64,000 nt of DNA from the IMG/VR virus record IMGVR_UViG_2895442618_000001, positions 1 through 64,000 of that record; one strand, written 5' to 3'. The position numbers and the translations under genes were made by a program. The notes beneath the pieces are model-generated. The model saw only the letters and a program-made list of their open reading frames with translations, did no database searches and was not told where the DNA came from. Origin of the DNA: a virus (lineage: Duplodnaviria > Caudoviricetes). Shown piece by piece: positions 1-9,269 of the stretch (position 1 is the first letter of the stretch; every line of letters starts with the position of its first letter).

Positions 1-170
1 CGGATGACCGTAGGAGCCTGACGAGCACCCGGCATATTGGCCAACGTTGAGCGATGACCGTAGACATCTGTACCCACCCGGCGTCATCATGAGGCAACAG
101 CCAGGCCAAAAGGCCGGGCCCGGCCAGCGCGGCGAACGTCTGGACGGGCCCATTTGATCGCACGTCGGAG

Positions 171-446
171 GTGCGACCCTTGACCGATGCTACGGGCGCG
201 GATCAGCCCGCCCAACCCCCCAAACTGCTGCATTACGAGACGTGGGCCGACGAACGCGGCTATCACGCCCGCTTCGACGAACTCCTCCCGGACGGAGCTC
301 TCGGATACGGCTGCGTACAAGAGGTGCAGGCACCCACCGAGACTGAGCTAACACAGGAAGCGGTGCGTAACCGGGTCCGGGTGTGGACGTGGCAGACCTC
401 CCGCTCCGGTGACGAGGTGCCGTTCACGACGGGGGACATGTCTTGA
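171..446 (+). CDS. hypothetical protein
   Basis: ORF with GGAG upstream; its stop overlaps the start of the next ORF. Confidence 0.5.
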   Translation: MRPLTDATGADQPAQPPKLLHYETWADERGYHARFDELLPDGALGYGCVQEVQAPTETELTQEAVRNRVRVWTWQTSRSGDEVPFTTGDMS

Positions 447-1123
447 GCGGCTACACGACGGTGCCGTACACGATCGCGTACGCCAACGAGATGGTCACCG
501 ATCCGCTCGGCTTCGAGGTCCTCGGAGGCAAGCTCCGGTTGACCTACCGGCCGTCCAAGCCCGGCGACTGGGTGAAGGGCCCGGCGGCGCCGTCGTGGGA
601 CCTCGGCATCCTGCGCGCCCGCGTGCGGGATCTGCTGAGCGACAAGCCCGCCCAGCGTGGACCGGAGCGGATGCGCAAGCTCAACACCCGCCGCCAGTGG
701 CGATGCATGGACAAGCTGCTGTGCCAGGTGTGCGGCGAGCCGGCGACCGACCCGGACACGGGCCTCATCCCGTGGCTGCTCGCCCATACGGTGTTCGAGG
801 CCACCAGCGAACAGTCCGGCCGCACCAACGCGCCGCCAACATGCTGGTCCTGCATTCCCAAAGCGTTGGAGCAGTGCCCGATGCTGGCTGTCCACCCGAT
901 ACTGTGCACGGTCGCCTCGATCAGCCCCGCCGGTGTGCTGGCCGACATATACCAGCCCGGGAGCGCCCACCAACCGGTCCTCATGGACCACAACGTGTTC
1001 GTCCCGTGGGAGTGGCGCGAATACCATCCGGGCGCGCTGGCCGTCGCCCAGGTGGTCGAACTGCACGGCATGAGACCAGTGGGAGGGCCTCGTGCATCGG
1101 TACGCCCGCACATCCCGCTGTGA
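443..1123 (+). CDS. Cys-rich hypothetical protein of actinomycete mobile elements
   Basis: 226 aa; CQVC and CWSC motifs; coupled to the upstream ORF. Confidence 0.7.
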   Translation: MSGYTTVPYTIAYANEMVTDPLGFEVLGGKLRLTYRPSKPGDWVKGPAAPSWDLGILRARVRDLLSDKPAQRGPERMRKLNTRRQWRCMDKLLCQVCGEPATDPDTGLIPWLLAHTVFEATSEQSGRTNAPPTCWSCIPKALEQCPMLAVHPILCTVASISPAGVLADIYQPGSAHQPVLMDHNVFVPWEWREYHPGALAVAQVVELHGMRPVGGPRASVRPHIPL

Positions 1124-1445
1124 CGTCCGCTGGTGCCGCGCCCCGCACCGGCCCGGAGACAGGCCGGACCACGTGGTCTGTCTCGGCGCCTGGGAACTCG
1201 GCGAGGTCACCGTGGAGGTGTGCGTCACCCGCGTAGACCAGGGCCCGCCGGTCGTCCGCATCGCACGCCACTACGCGGGCGGGCCACGCCTGGAGAGCGA
1301 CCTCGACACCGGCCTCGCCGCGGAGCTGGCCGACATCCTCGACCTGCTCACCCGCGGCTTCTACCGCGAGTTCGGCGCGGTGCTGAAGGAAGCCGCCGCC
1401 GGCGCCGCAGCGGAGGCCAGCAGGGAAGACACGGCCGCCCCGTAG
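1092..1445 (+). CDS. hypothetical protein (start uncertain)
   Basis: ORF filling the gap in a co-oriented run; C-rich zinc-like N-terminus. Confidence 0.5.
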   Translation: MHRYARTSRCDVRWCRAPHRPGDRPDHVVCLGAWELGEVTVEVCVTRVDQGPPVVRIARHYAGGPRLESDLDTGLAAELADILDLLTRGFYREFGAVLKEAAAGAAAEASREDTAAP

Positions 1446-1461
1446 ACAGCCAGGAGGACCT

Positions 1462-1713
1462 ATGGCCGACGCCATCCTGAATCTGATCGGCAGTCTCCTC
1501 GGCAACCCGGCGGCCTGGGCGCTTGGTGGCGGCTACCTGGTCGTCAACGTCGCCTCGTGCATCTTCAAGCCGTACAAGGTGTGCAAGAAGTGCAACCGCT
1601 CCCGGGAGACGCATTCCACGATCTTCCCGGGCACGTTCGGCTGGTGCAGGGCGTGCAAGGGCGTCGGTTACCGCTTACGAGTCGGGGCTCGGCTCCTCGG
1701 CAAGAAGCTGTGA
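1462..1713 (+). CDS. small membrane-anchored DnaJ-type zinc-finger protein
   Basis: GGAGGA RBS; hydrophobic N-terminus; CKKC and CRACKGVG. Confidence 0.7.
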   Translation: MADAILNLIGSLLGNPAAWALGGGYLVVNVASCIFKPYKVCKKCNRSRETHSTIFPGTFGWCRACKGVGYRLRVGARLLGKKL

Positions 1714-1776
1714 GGTAAGCGGATCCACTTCCGCCAGGCGACAGACAGGATGCGTTGGGGTCGCTACGGTCCGGGT

Positions 1777-1923
1777 ATGGCCAAAGGAGAAGACGACGAC
1801 CCGCCACCGATCTGCGGAACCTGCCTCGGCGCCGGCGGCGAGTGGATCGAGCTCAACGGCAAGAAAAACCAGGAGCGCAAGTGGGTGAAGTGCGCGGCAT
1901 GCAACGGGACCGGCCGTAGGTGA
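1777..1923 (+). CDS. 48-aa DnaJ-type zinc-finger microprotein (cassette copy 1, gene A; not in ORF track)
   Basis: MAKGEDDDPPPICGTCLGAGGEWIELNGKKNQERKWVKCAACNGTGRR; paralog at 48540-48686. Confidence 0.8.
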   Translation: MAKGEDDDPPPICGTCLGAGGEWIELNGKKNQERKWVKCAACNGTGRR

Positions 1924-2237
1924 CCGACCCCATCACGTGCCCTGAGTGCCACGGCCGTCGTGGGCAACTGGTCGGCACGTCGTTCCTCGCGTGCCAGTTC
2001 TGCGGCGGCCGTGGCTGGGTCGGCGGCGACAACGAACCCGCCGAACGCGACGACCGCCCACCGCCACCCCCGCCGCCCGCCTGGGAACACAAGGTGTGGG
2101 CAGACCCGGCTGTCCGGGGGGGCCTGCCCTGCCGGTACTGCCTCGGCACACAGCAAGTGGCCAACGTCAACGAGGCCGCCGGGACCCTCGTGATGGCGGC
2201 CTGCCCTGGCTGCGCATCTGCCCCCTCTGACAGCTAG
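1920..2237 (+). CDS. DnaJ-type zinc-finger protein (cassette copy 1, gene B)
   Basis: CPECHG, CQFCGGRG, CRYC, CPGC; GTGA overlap with gene A; paralog at 48683-48991. Confidence 0.8.
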   Translation: MTDPITCPECHGRRGQLVGTSFLACQFCGGRGWVGGDNEPAERDDRPPPPPPPAWEHKVWADPAVRGGLPCRYCLGTQQVANVNEAAGTLVMAACPGCASAPSDS

Positions 2238-2911
2238 GCGGGCACTTTGGGCAAGAGCAGGTCCAGGCGGTTTCTCTCCGCAAGGTATCGCCGAAGCCGC
2301 CGGGGAGCCTCAGGATCGTCGTTGCCCGCCACGTTGAACAACGGCTGCTCATCCAGGATGGCCGCCGCTTCAGCCGCCTCCACAGAGGCCCGCGAAGGAT
2401 GCTGCTCATAGGTCGTTTCGACCCAGAATTCCATCCACGGAGAAACCTTGGCATGTGCGCGCTCGCGGGAGGTCGCGCGGTTCGTCACTCCCACGTACAG
2501 CAGGAGACCGTTCTCATCCCAGTGCCGATACAGCACTTCTCCGCGCGGCGTCGGCTTCAGGCTTTTCTTCGTCGGTACGACGTCCGGGAGTGCGTGACCG
2601 GGCGTGTCGTACAGTTCGAGAGTCGTTACGAAACGGCCATTCGCGTAACGCTTCCGCCGCCGCACCAGGTAGCCATGGGATTCGAGTTCAGCGAAGGCGG
2701 CGCGCATGGCTTGCCGCCCTTCACCTGTGACTAAGCCCCGGGCATCGCGCGCACGCCTCGACATTTCGTCAGCGTTCGCCTCCCAGTCGTCCGGCCTGGT
2801 CAGCAACTCACACAGAAGACCCCGGGCCACGAAACTCAAGCGTTCATCCAGGAGCGTTGCCGTCGGGATCGTGATGCCGTCCACAACGGGTGCGGAGCGA
2901 TGAATCTTCAT
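2234..2911 (-). CDS. HTH-domain/GIY-YIG endonuclease fusion
   Basis: N-terminal replication-type HTH (LSFVARGLL...AFAELESHGYL); C-terminal LYRHWDENGLLLYVGVT...R...H GIY-YIG motif. Confidence 0.7.
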   Translation of the reverse strand: MKIHRSAPVVDGITIPTATLLDERLSFVARGLLCELLTRPDDWEANADEMSRRARDARGLVTGEGRQAMRAAFAELESHGYLVRRRKRYANGRFVTTLELYDTPGHALPDVVPTKKSLKPTPRGEVLYRHWDENGLLLYVGVTNRATSRERAHAKVSPWMEFWVETTYEQHPSRASVEAAEAAAILDEQPLFNVAGNDDPEAPRRLRRYLAERNRLDLLLPKVPA

Positions 2912-2927
2912 TGTGATCACTGCCTCG

Positions 2928-3710
2928 TTAGTCGGGGATCTTGAATGTGTAGGACCAGACGAACCTGCTGGCCGGGTGGACGCCCTTCGCGTACTCGATG
3001 ACACGCCCCTCGGCTGTCCGCGTGGTGCGCCACTGCTCGACGACTGGCTCGCCTGGCGGGAGATCCAGAGAGACCATCTCTTCCACGGTCGGCATCCGAG
3101 CGAAGAGCTCCTCGGTCATCTCGTCAGGGGCGAGACCACGTTCGGCCAGGATGGCGAAACTGCCGCCAGAGCCGGCCATCCCAGGCCGCGAATCGATGAT
3201 GGCGGTTCCCTCCACGTCTTCGCGACGGTAGTAGCTGGTCACTAGGTGCGTGGGTTTGCCATCGCGGAACATGATGCGGTCTCGCTCATAAACGTCCGCT
3301 CCAACCTCTACGCCGAGTGCCTGAGCAACTCGCTCATCCGCTGAGAGCAAGGTGACCTCTTGTGTCTGGGTTCCTTGCTGCTCAGCAGGTTCACCTTCGT
3401 GGCGTTCATCTCGGTACACCTCAACCGTGGAGTTCGCCCAGTTGCTCTTGGCGTACCTGTCTTGGCCAACGCGCCGGACAGGGTGGGCCTCGCGAACGTA
3501 GGCGCCCGAGCCGTAGCGAGTGACAATGCGTCCCTCGTTGCTGAGTTGGGCAATGGCTTTAGCGGCTGTGTTCCGGCTGACACCGTACTGCTCCGCGAGG
3601 TCACGCACCGTTGGCAGCTTCGCGCCCGGCTGGAGAGTGCCGTTGGCAATGGCGGCGCGGAGGTCGTTTGCGATCTGGGTGGCCGGCCCAGTCTGTGCTT
3701 CGGGGCTCAT
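2928..3710 (-). CDS. GntR/HutC-family regulator (KorSA/KorA-like)
   Basis: wHTH LQPGAKLPTVRDLAEQYGVSRNT plus UTRA domain; TATCGT-N6-ATG suggests a leaderless transcript. Confidence 0.9.
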   Translation of the reverse strand: MSPEAQTGPATQIANDLRAAIANGTLQPGAKLPTVRDLAEQYGVSRNTAAKAIAQLSNEGRIVTRYGSGAYVREAHPVRRVGQDRYAKSNWANSTVEVYRDERHEGEPAEQQGTQTQEVTLLSADERVAQALGVEVGADVYERDRIMFRDGKPTHLVTSYYRREDVEGTAIIDSRPGMAGSGGSFAILAERGLAPDEMTEELFARMPTVEEMVSLDLPPGEPVVEQWRTTRTAEGRVIEYAKGVHPASRFVWSYTFKIPD

Positions 3711-3729
3711 GGCTCAACGATAACGGATT

Positions 3730-3817
3730 GTCGTAGGCCAATTCCAAGGTTGCGGATGCGTCATACGCCACTTGCCTTGACAGTACCCATGCGTCGTACG
3801 ATGCTTTGTCGTACGAC
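3730..3817. promoter_or_regulatory. four candidate GntR operators in the divergent promoter region
   Basis: GTCGTAGGCC 3730, GTCATACGCC 3760, GTCGTACGAT 3793, perfect palindrome GTCGTACGAC 3808; TTGACA nearby. Confidence 0.65.
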
Positions 3818-3881
3818 GCTTTCTCGGGGTTCCGCGAGGATCCCAGAGGACGTGCCTGTTTGTCCGTTTCCGGAGGTTGCT

Positions 3882-4109
3882 TTGACGAGCCGTCGCACGC
3901 GCGGGCCCTGGATGAAGACCAGTGCCGTTGCGCTCCAGTGTGGTGTCACCTCCTGGACGGTCCTCGCCTGGGTGAAGGCAGGCAAGCTCCCAGCCAGCAA
4001 GACCCCCGGCGGGCACTACCGATTCGACCCCACCGACGTGGATGCACTGCTTACCGACGACGAGGGTTCCGCCTCTTCGTCCGCTCTCGAAGACGAGGTC
4101 GCAGTCTGA
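3882..4109 (+). CDS. excisionase-like/MerR-type HTH protein
   Basis: TSAVALQCGVTSWTVLAWVKAGKLPASKTPGGHYRF; GGAGG before the TTG. Confidence 0.85.
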   Translation: MTSRRTRGPWMKTSAVALQCGVTSWTVLAWVKAGKLPASKTPGGHYRFDPTDVDALLTDDEGSASSSALEDEVAV

Positions 4110-4474
4110 TGAACGCGACCTTCCCCGACATGCGAAAGGCGGCCCTCATCCGCCAAGACCTGGGCCGCCCGCATGTCCCCACCCACCTCCAGGATGGAAG
4201 GAACGCCCCCATCATGGCACAGCCGTCTTACGACATCACCCCCTTCTCCCCCGCTATGGCGGCGGCGACCGCGCGGGTCTGGTGCGAGGAGGCCGCTTCG
4301 ATGGCGGCGACTGCGGTTGCCGTCTCCGACATGGCCGCCATGCTCGCGCAGGCCGCCGACAACCTCCTCGGTGCGGCGGCCGGCGTCCCCCAGCAGCACG
4401 AGTCGCAGCCGCTCCCCGCGGGCGTGTACGACCTGTCCGCCTACCGTGCTCGCCGTCAGGCGGTGGCCCGATGA
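4109..4474 (+). CDS. hypothetical protein
   Basis: TGATG coupling to the xis-like gene. Confidence 0.65.
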   Translation: MNATFPDMRKAALIRQDLGRPHVPTHLQDGRNAPIMAQPSYDITPFSPAMAAATARVWCEEAASMAATAVAVSDMAAMLAQAADNLLGAAAGVPQQHESQPLPAGVYDLSAYRARRQAVAR

Positions 4475-4665
4475 AGACCAGCGCTGCGACGACCCGCACC
4501 GCCGCCGAGATCAAGGCAGCCACCGACGAGGTGTACAAGCTGATGGCGCACCAGCCCGCCTCCCGCAGGTTCGTGGACAAGCCCAGGCTCAACACGGGCG
4601 GCTGTACCGCCCCGTCCTGCTCTAACCGCCGCTGCACCTGCTCCCAGACGAGGAGCTCGCGATGA
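4471..4665 (+). CDS. small Cys-rich hypothetical protein
   Basis: ATGA overlap; CTAPSCSNRRCTC tail. Confidence 0.55.
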   Translation: MKTSAATTRTAAEIKAATDEVYKLMAHQPASRRFVDKPRLNTGGCTAPSCSNRRCTCSQTRSSR

Positions 4666-4963
4666 CTGGCCCGGCTGCCGTACGGACCCGCTCTGCGGCG
4701 GCCGGGTCTCCCCTGCTCCCCCCGTCTGTGGTGAGGCGCGGCTGCACATCCGCGCCTCTCGCCGTTGTCTGTGGCCCACAGGCGAGGGGGCACCACCTGT
4801 ACACCCGACGCCTGTCCGGTACCCACGCCGGCACTCCCAGCGAGCAAGCGCCGGGCGGGCACGAACCCCGTCCGGCGAGTGGACGTGTCCTCCGAATCCA
4901 ACTCGCCACGTCGCCGGACGGGGCCACATCTACCGACCTACGACGTGAAACGGACCCCCTGAC

Positions 4964-6415
4964 ATGACGCCCTCAAAGGACGGGCTGGCAGCCAACCCGC
5001 TGTCCGAGAACCTCGCACAGCTGAACAACTTCACGGACGCCAACGTCAAAGCGCTGGGCCAGTCAGTTGCGCGCGAAGAGTCCGTGGTCGGGCCAACCGC
5101 CGACGCCCCGAAGACAGCGGAGCCTGTGAACGCCGTCGCCCGTGCGGCCCGTGCCGAGCGCATCGTCGCCTCCGCCGCGGCCAAAGCGCAGCGTGACGCG
5201 ATCCGCGACCAGGCCCGCCGTGACCGTGAACGGCGCGCCGAGCAGTGGGCGGCCGAACGCGAGCAGCTCCGCACCGAGCGGAAGCGCGCCCGCAAGACCG
5301 CCGCCGCTACCGCCCGCACCACCGCCTACGAGGTGTGGCGGCACCGGCTGACCTCCTGGTGGCACGCCTTCGTGATGGTCGGCGCGATCGTCGGCGTCAA
5401 CATCGTCGCCGTCGCCGGCCAGGTGACCGCATTCCAGGCCGCCCCGTTCTCGTGGCCGGCGGCGGGCGCGCTCGGCGCCGCCGCGGTCATCGAGTCGATC
5501 GCCATCTACATCGGCTGGCACGCCCACATCGCCCTCATCGAGGGCGACTCGGTGTTTCGGCTGCGTGCCGCCTCCTACGGGATCGCGGCCGGGGTGGCGG
5601 CGCTCAACTACCACCACTACGCCGCCGACTGGTCTTTGGACGATCAGGCTGTCATGTTCGGCGGCGCGTCCCTGCTGTCGCCGTGGCTGTGGGCAATCCA
5701 CTCCCGGCACGTGCACCGCAAGGACCTGCGCGCCAAGGGGCTCATTGACCCGCGCGCCCCGAAGTTCGCGGCGCTGCGGTGGATCCTGCACCGGGCGGAA
5801 ACATGGCGGGCACTGAAGTGGGCGGTCCGCCACGGCGAGCAGTCCCCCACCGCGGCGATCCTCGCCATCCAGATCACCGAGACGGGCAAGCCCGCCGAGC
5901 GGCTCGCGCGCCGGGCGAGTGTCGAGCTCGACGCCGGCCGTGAGGCTCTCGTCCGCGCGCAGGCCGCCGCTTTGGCTGCCACCGAAGCGTATGCGGCGGT
6001 GTTGGAGCGGCGTGTCAGCGAAGTGTCAGCGATCGCGCCGCCCGCGCCTCTGGAGATCGAGCCCGCGCCTGACAGTTCAGCGGACGCTCAAGAGGACGCC
6101 GCGGCTGTCAGCGAAGTGTCAGACGAGACACCCCGCGAACGCCCAGACGCGCAGGACAACAAGGAAGCCGAGAAGTGGATCCGCGCCGCCATGCGCAAGG
6201 GGAAGACGCCCAAGCAGGCTGACATCGCGGCGAAGTTCGGATTCTCCAACGGATGGGCCAACCTGCGTGTCAAAGCAGCACGCGCCGACCTGACCGCGGA
6301 GGGCTACCGATTCCTGCCCGGCAACCGCGTCATCCCGCCCATTGAGGCCGCCGCTTCCCCCACTGCCGCGAATGTCAGCGATGCCAACACCGAAGTGTCT
6401 GGAGACCAGTCATGA
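4964..6415 (+). CDS. Spd-like membrane/coiled-coil spread protein with C-terminal HTH
   Basis: Coiled coil, about four TM segments, C-terminal KQADIAAKFGFSNGWA; lies upstream of traB. Confidence 0.65.
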   Translation: MTPSKDGLAANPLSENLAQLNNFTDANVKALGQSVAREESVVGPTADAPKTAEPVNAVARAARAERIVASAAAKAQRDAIRDQARRDRERRAEQWAAEREQLRTERKRARKTAAATARTTAYEVWRHRLTSWWHAFVMVGAIVGVNIVAVAGQVTAFQAAPFSWPAAGALGAAAVIESIAIYIGWHAHIALIEGDSVFRLRAASYGIAAGVAALNYHHYAADWSLDDQAVMFGGASLLSPWLWAIHSRHVHRKDLRAKGLIDPRAPKFAALRWILHRAETWRALKWAVRHGEQSPTAAILAIQITETGKPAERLARRASVELDAGREALVRAQAAALAATEAYAAVLERRVSEVSAIAPPAPLEIEPAPDSSADAQEDAAAVSEVSDETPRERPDAQDNKEAEKWIRAAMRKGKTPKQADIAAKFGFSNGWANLRVKAARADLTAEGYRFLPGNRVIPPIEAAASPTAANVSDANTEVSGDQS

Positions 6416-6576
6416 CCCGCATCAAGAAGCCCGCCATCTACCTCGCTCTCGCGTTCGCCGCGTTCTACCTGTTCACCAAGCCCGCCTCTGCGGCGGACGC
6501 GGTCAACGGGATCTTCGACGGCATCCTCGCCGGCGCCGATCGGCTGTCCGTGTTCTTCACCAACGTCCTCACCTGA
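6412..6576 (+). CDS. small membrane protein (not in ORF track)
   Basis: MTRIKKPAIYLALAFAAFYLFTKPASAADAVNGIFDGILAGADRLSVFFTNVLT; ATGA overlap. Confidence 0.75.
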   Translation: MTRIKKPAIYLALAFAAFYLFTKPASAADAVNGIFDGILAGADRLSVFFTNVLT

Positions 6577-6592
6577 TCGGAGGGAACCAGCC

Positions 6593-6913
6593 ATGAACAC
6601 ACTCACCTTCGTCGCGGTCGTGCTGCTGGCGCTCCCTGCCTGCCTAGTACGTGAGCCCACGTCGGCGGCGCGGACGCCCTCCCAGGTGATCGCGCGCGTG
6701 CTGGCCGCCCGCTGGTGGGAGCCCGCCGCATGGCTGGCGTGCGTCGCCATCGGGCCTTTCGTTGTGGCTGGCTGGTGGGCCGGCCGGGCTGCCGTGTTCA
6801 ACGTGTCCGCCCTGGCTGCCTTGCTGCTGGCCAAGGTCGCCACCACCACCTCGGCCGATGGCCGTACCTACCGCCTCACCCGCACGGACGGAATGCGAGC
6901 ACTTGTGTCATGA
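6593..6913 (+). CDS. membrane protein
   Basis: Hydrophobic segments; stop overlaps the traB start. Confidence 0.65.
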   Translation: MNTLTFVAVVLLALPACLVREPTSAARTPSQVIARVLAARWWEPAAWLACVAIGPFVVAGWWAGRAAVFNVSALAALLLAKVATTTSADGRTYRLTRTDGMRALVS

Positions 6914-9093
6914 GCGCTGAGAAGCGTGTCGACCACCTGCGCCTGGTTCCCCGCAGTAATGCCACACCCGACCTGCCGCCGTCCGCCGACGAGCCGGCAG
7001 ACGTGGAACCGCAGCAGGAAGGCGAGGATATGGGCTCTGACCTGGAGCCGATGGTTTACGAGGGTGAGATCATCTCGGAAGCTCCCGAACCGTCCAACAG
7101 GCTGCTGCCGTCGGTGGTGGTCGACCGGGTCACCGTGCTTCGACCCGACGCGCGTAAGCAGGTCGCCCGAGTCGTAGCGCGCAACAGCGTTACCGTTGCG
7201 CAGGGCTGGCACTCGTGGCTGGTCAGAGCATGGGACGCCCTCACCGGCGGCGTCTACCGGCGTCAGATCCGCGCCGCCGAAGCGGCCGGCGACCGGGAGG
7301 CGCTCGACCACTGGCTCGTCCGCAGGCGCGAGGCCGCCCGCGACAGGCGGGAACGGCTCATGGAGTTGCCCAAACTCGGCCTGCAGGTGGCCATCTTCGC
7401 CGCGGGCGGCTGCCTCGCCCTCGTAGTGCTGATGGTCATCGTCTCCACTCTTGTGCTGGTCACAGGTGCCGGCGAGTTCACCGACGTGTTCGTGTGGGTC
7501 GGCGATGTGCTGCGCTGGGTGTTCACCGCGGTGGCGTTCCTGTGGGTGCCTTTCCTGGTCGTGTTGCCGTTCCTCGTGGTGATCGCAGCGTGGCGGGAAG
7601 GCCGCCGTAAGGGTGAGACGCCCAAGTGGCTGGTCGCCGACTCGGGCTTCGATACTGGCGGCTCGCGTGACCTGATCCCCGACGAGGGCGCGATTCTCAA
7701 CGCGCTCCGCAACTTGGAGATCTCCCCGCTGAACAGGGCATTCAAGGCAGGGTGGCGGCCCCGGTTCGTACTGCCTACCGAACGCGACGGCAACGGCTAC
7801 CACACGCAGCTGGAGATGCCGCCGGCCGTGCCCGTTTCGATGGTGGTCGAGAAGAAGAAGACGCTCGCGCACAACCTGGTGCGCTTCCCCATCGAGGTGT
7901 GGCCGACAGAGCCGCGCGGCATGCCGGGCGTGCTGGACTTGTGGGTCGCCGACCAGGGCGCCCTGTCCGGCCCGGTCGACGACTGGCCCCTCTTGCACGA
8001 GGGCGCCGCCGACTACTTCAAGAGCGTCCCTGTCGCCGTCGACATCCGCCGCCGCAACGTCAATGGGCGCCTGTTCGAGGCCAACTACGCCATCGCCGGG
8101 ATGATGGGGTCCGGCAAGAGCACCCTCATCATCACGCTGCTGCTCGGCGCGCTGCTGGACCCGCTGGTCGAAGCCGACGTGTTCTGCATGGCCGACAACG
8201 CCGACTACGACCCGATGAAGCCGCGCCTGCGCACCCTCAGGACCGGCACCAGCGAGGACGTCGCCGAACACTGCCTGGCCACGATGAGCGACATCTACAA
8301 CGAGCTCAGCATCCGCGGCAAGGCACTGCAGGAGCACGGCGTCCGAGCCGCCAACCGGAAGATCGCAGAGAAGGACGAACGTCTCCGCCCCCGCATCATC
8401 GTGGTTGACGAGTGCCAGGCGCTGTTCATGCATGAAACGCTCGGCCGGAAAGCTCTGGAGACCGCGGTCAAGACGGAGAACGCCGCCCGCAAGTACGGCG
8501 TCACCATCATCTACGCGACGCCGGAACCGTCGTCGGATTCGCTGCCGCGCCGGCTCATCTCCATCACCTCCAACCGGGCGTGCTTCGCCATCGGCGACCA
8601 GACCAGCAACGACGCCGTTCTCGGCACCGGCTCCTACAAGGCGGGCATCTCCGCGGTCGGGCTGGAGCCCAAGACCGACGAAAGCCTGGGCGACGTCGGC
8701 ACGTTCATGGGGCGCGGCTTCACCCCGAAGCCGAGCCTGCTGCGCGGGTACTTCGTGTCGCAATCCCAGGCGGTGCCGGTGGTGCAGCGGGCGCTGCAAA
8801 TCCGCGAAAAGGCCGGGTACGGCTCGGCCGGGCCCGCGACGATGCAGCACCGGGACCTGATCGACGACTTGGACGAGGTGCTCGGGCAGGACCGTATCCG
8901 GCTCGCGGATGTCCCTGGCCGTCTCCGGAAGTTGGCGCCGCACTGGCTGCCGTACCAGAGCCTGACAGGCACTCAGCTTCGCGACATCTTGACCCGGGAG
9001 CACGGGGTGAAGGTCCCCAACTCCGGCAACGTGCTCTACCTGGACCCTCCCGAGGTGCGTCGGGTTCGCGCTCTGCGCGAGGCGGGTGAGTGA
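6910..9093 (+). CDS. traB: FtsK/SpoIIIE-family conjugative DNA translocase (TraB/TraSA-like)
   Basis: N-terminal TMs, Walker A GMMGSGKS, Walker B IIVVDECQ, C-terminal wHTH; start trimmed to the ATG at 6910. Confidence 0.88.
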   Translation: MSAEKRVDHLRLVPRSNATPDLPPSADEPADVEPQQEGEDMGSDLEPMVYEGEIISEAPEPSNRLLPSVVVDRVTVLRPDARKQVARVVARNSVTVAQGWHSWLVRAWDALTGGVYRRQIRAAEAAGDREALDHWLVRRREAARDRRERLMELPKLGLQVAIFAAGGCLALVVLMVIVSTLVLVTGAGEFTDVFVWVGDVLRWVFTAVAFLWVPFLVVLPFLVVIAAWREGRRKGETPKWLVADSGFDTGGSRDLIPDEGAILNALRNLEISPLNRAFKAGWRPRFVLPTERDGNGYHTQLEMPPAVPVSMVVEKKKTLAHNLVRFPIEVWPTEPRGMPGVLDLWVADQGALSGPVDDWPLLHEGAADYFKSVPVAVDIRRRNVNGRLFEANYAIAGMMGSGKSTLIITLLLGALLDPLVEADVFCMADNADYDPMKPRLRTLRTGTSEDVAEHCLATMSDIYNELSIRGKALQEHGVRAANRKIAEKDERLRPRIIVVDECQALFMHETLGRKALETAVKTENAARKYGVTIIYATPEPSSDSLPRRLISITSNRACFAIGDQTSNDAVLGTGSYKAGISAVGLEPKTDESLGDVGTFMGRGFTPKPSLLRGYFVSQSQAVPVVQRALQIREKAGYGSAGPATMQHRDLIDDLDEVLGQDRIRLADVPGRLRKLAPHWLPYQSLTGTQLRDILTREHGVKVPNSGNVLYLDPPEVRRVRALREAGE

Positions 9094-9146
9094 GGTGGCC
9101 AGCACCACCGCGAAACTCGCTCTGGAGCCCTTCAAAGCGGGGGCAC

Positions 9147-9269
9147 CTAACACCTGCTCACCGGCTAACCCGACTAACAATCCGCAGGTCAGCGTCATAG
9201 TTAAGCCCCTCCGATACGAGAAGGGGATCACTAACCCGTTTTCGCTGACCCAACTCACGAACTAACCCG
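9147..9269 (+). repeat. candidate clt (TraB recognition) 8-mer repeats
   Basis: CTAACCCG exact at 9165, 9231, 9262; variants at 9147, 9174, 9245; directly 3' of traB. Confidence 0.6.

Noticed and set aside
35-45. TATTGGCCAAC shared with 62353-62363, and GATGACCGTAG repeated at 3-13 and 53-63
   Set aside because: 11-bp matches can arise by chance in 64 kb, and the context is cut by the window edge
4662-4967. ORF 4662-4967 and the 13-bp-arm hairpin at 4866-4923
   Set aside because: The ORF has no motif and poor coding appearance; the hairpin alone is not enough to call an origin or terminator
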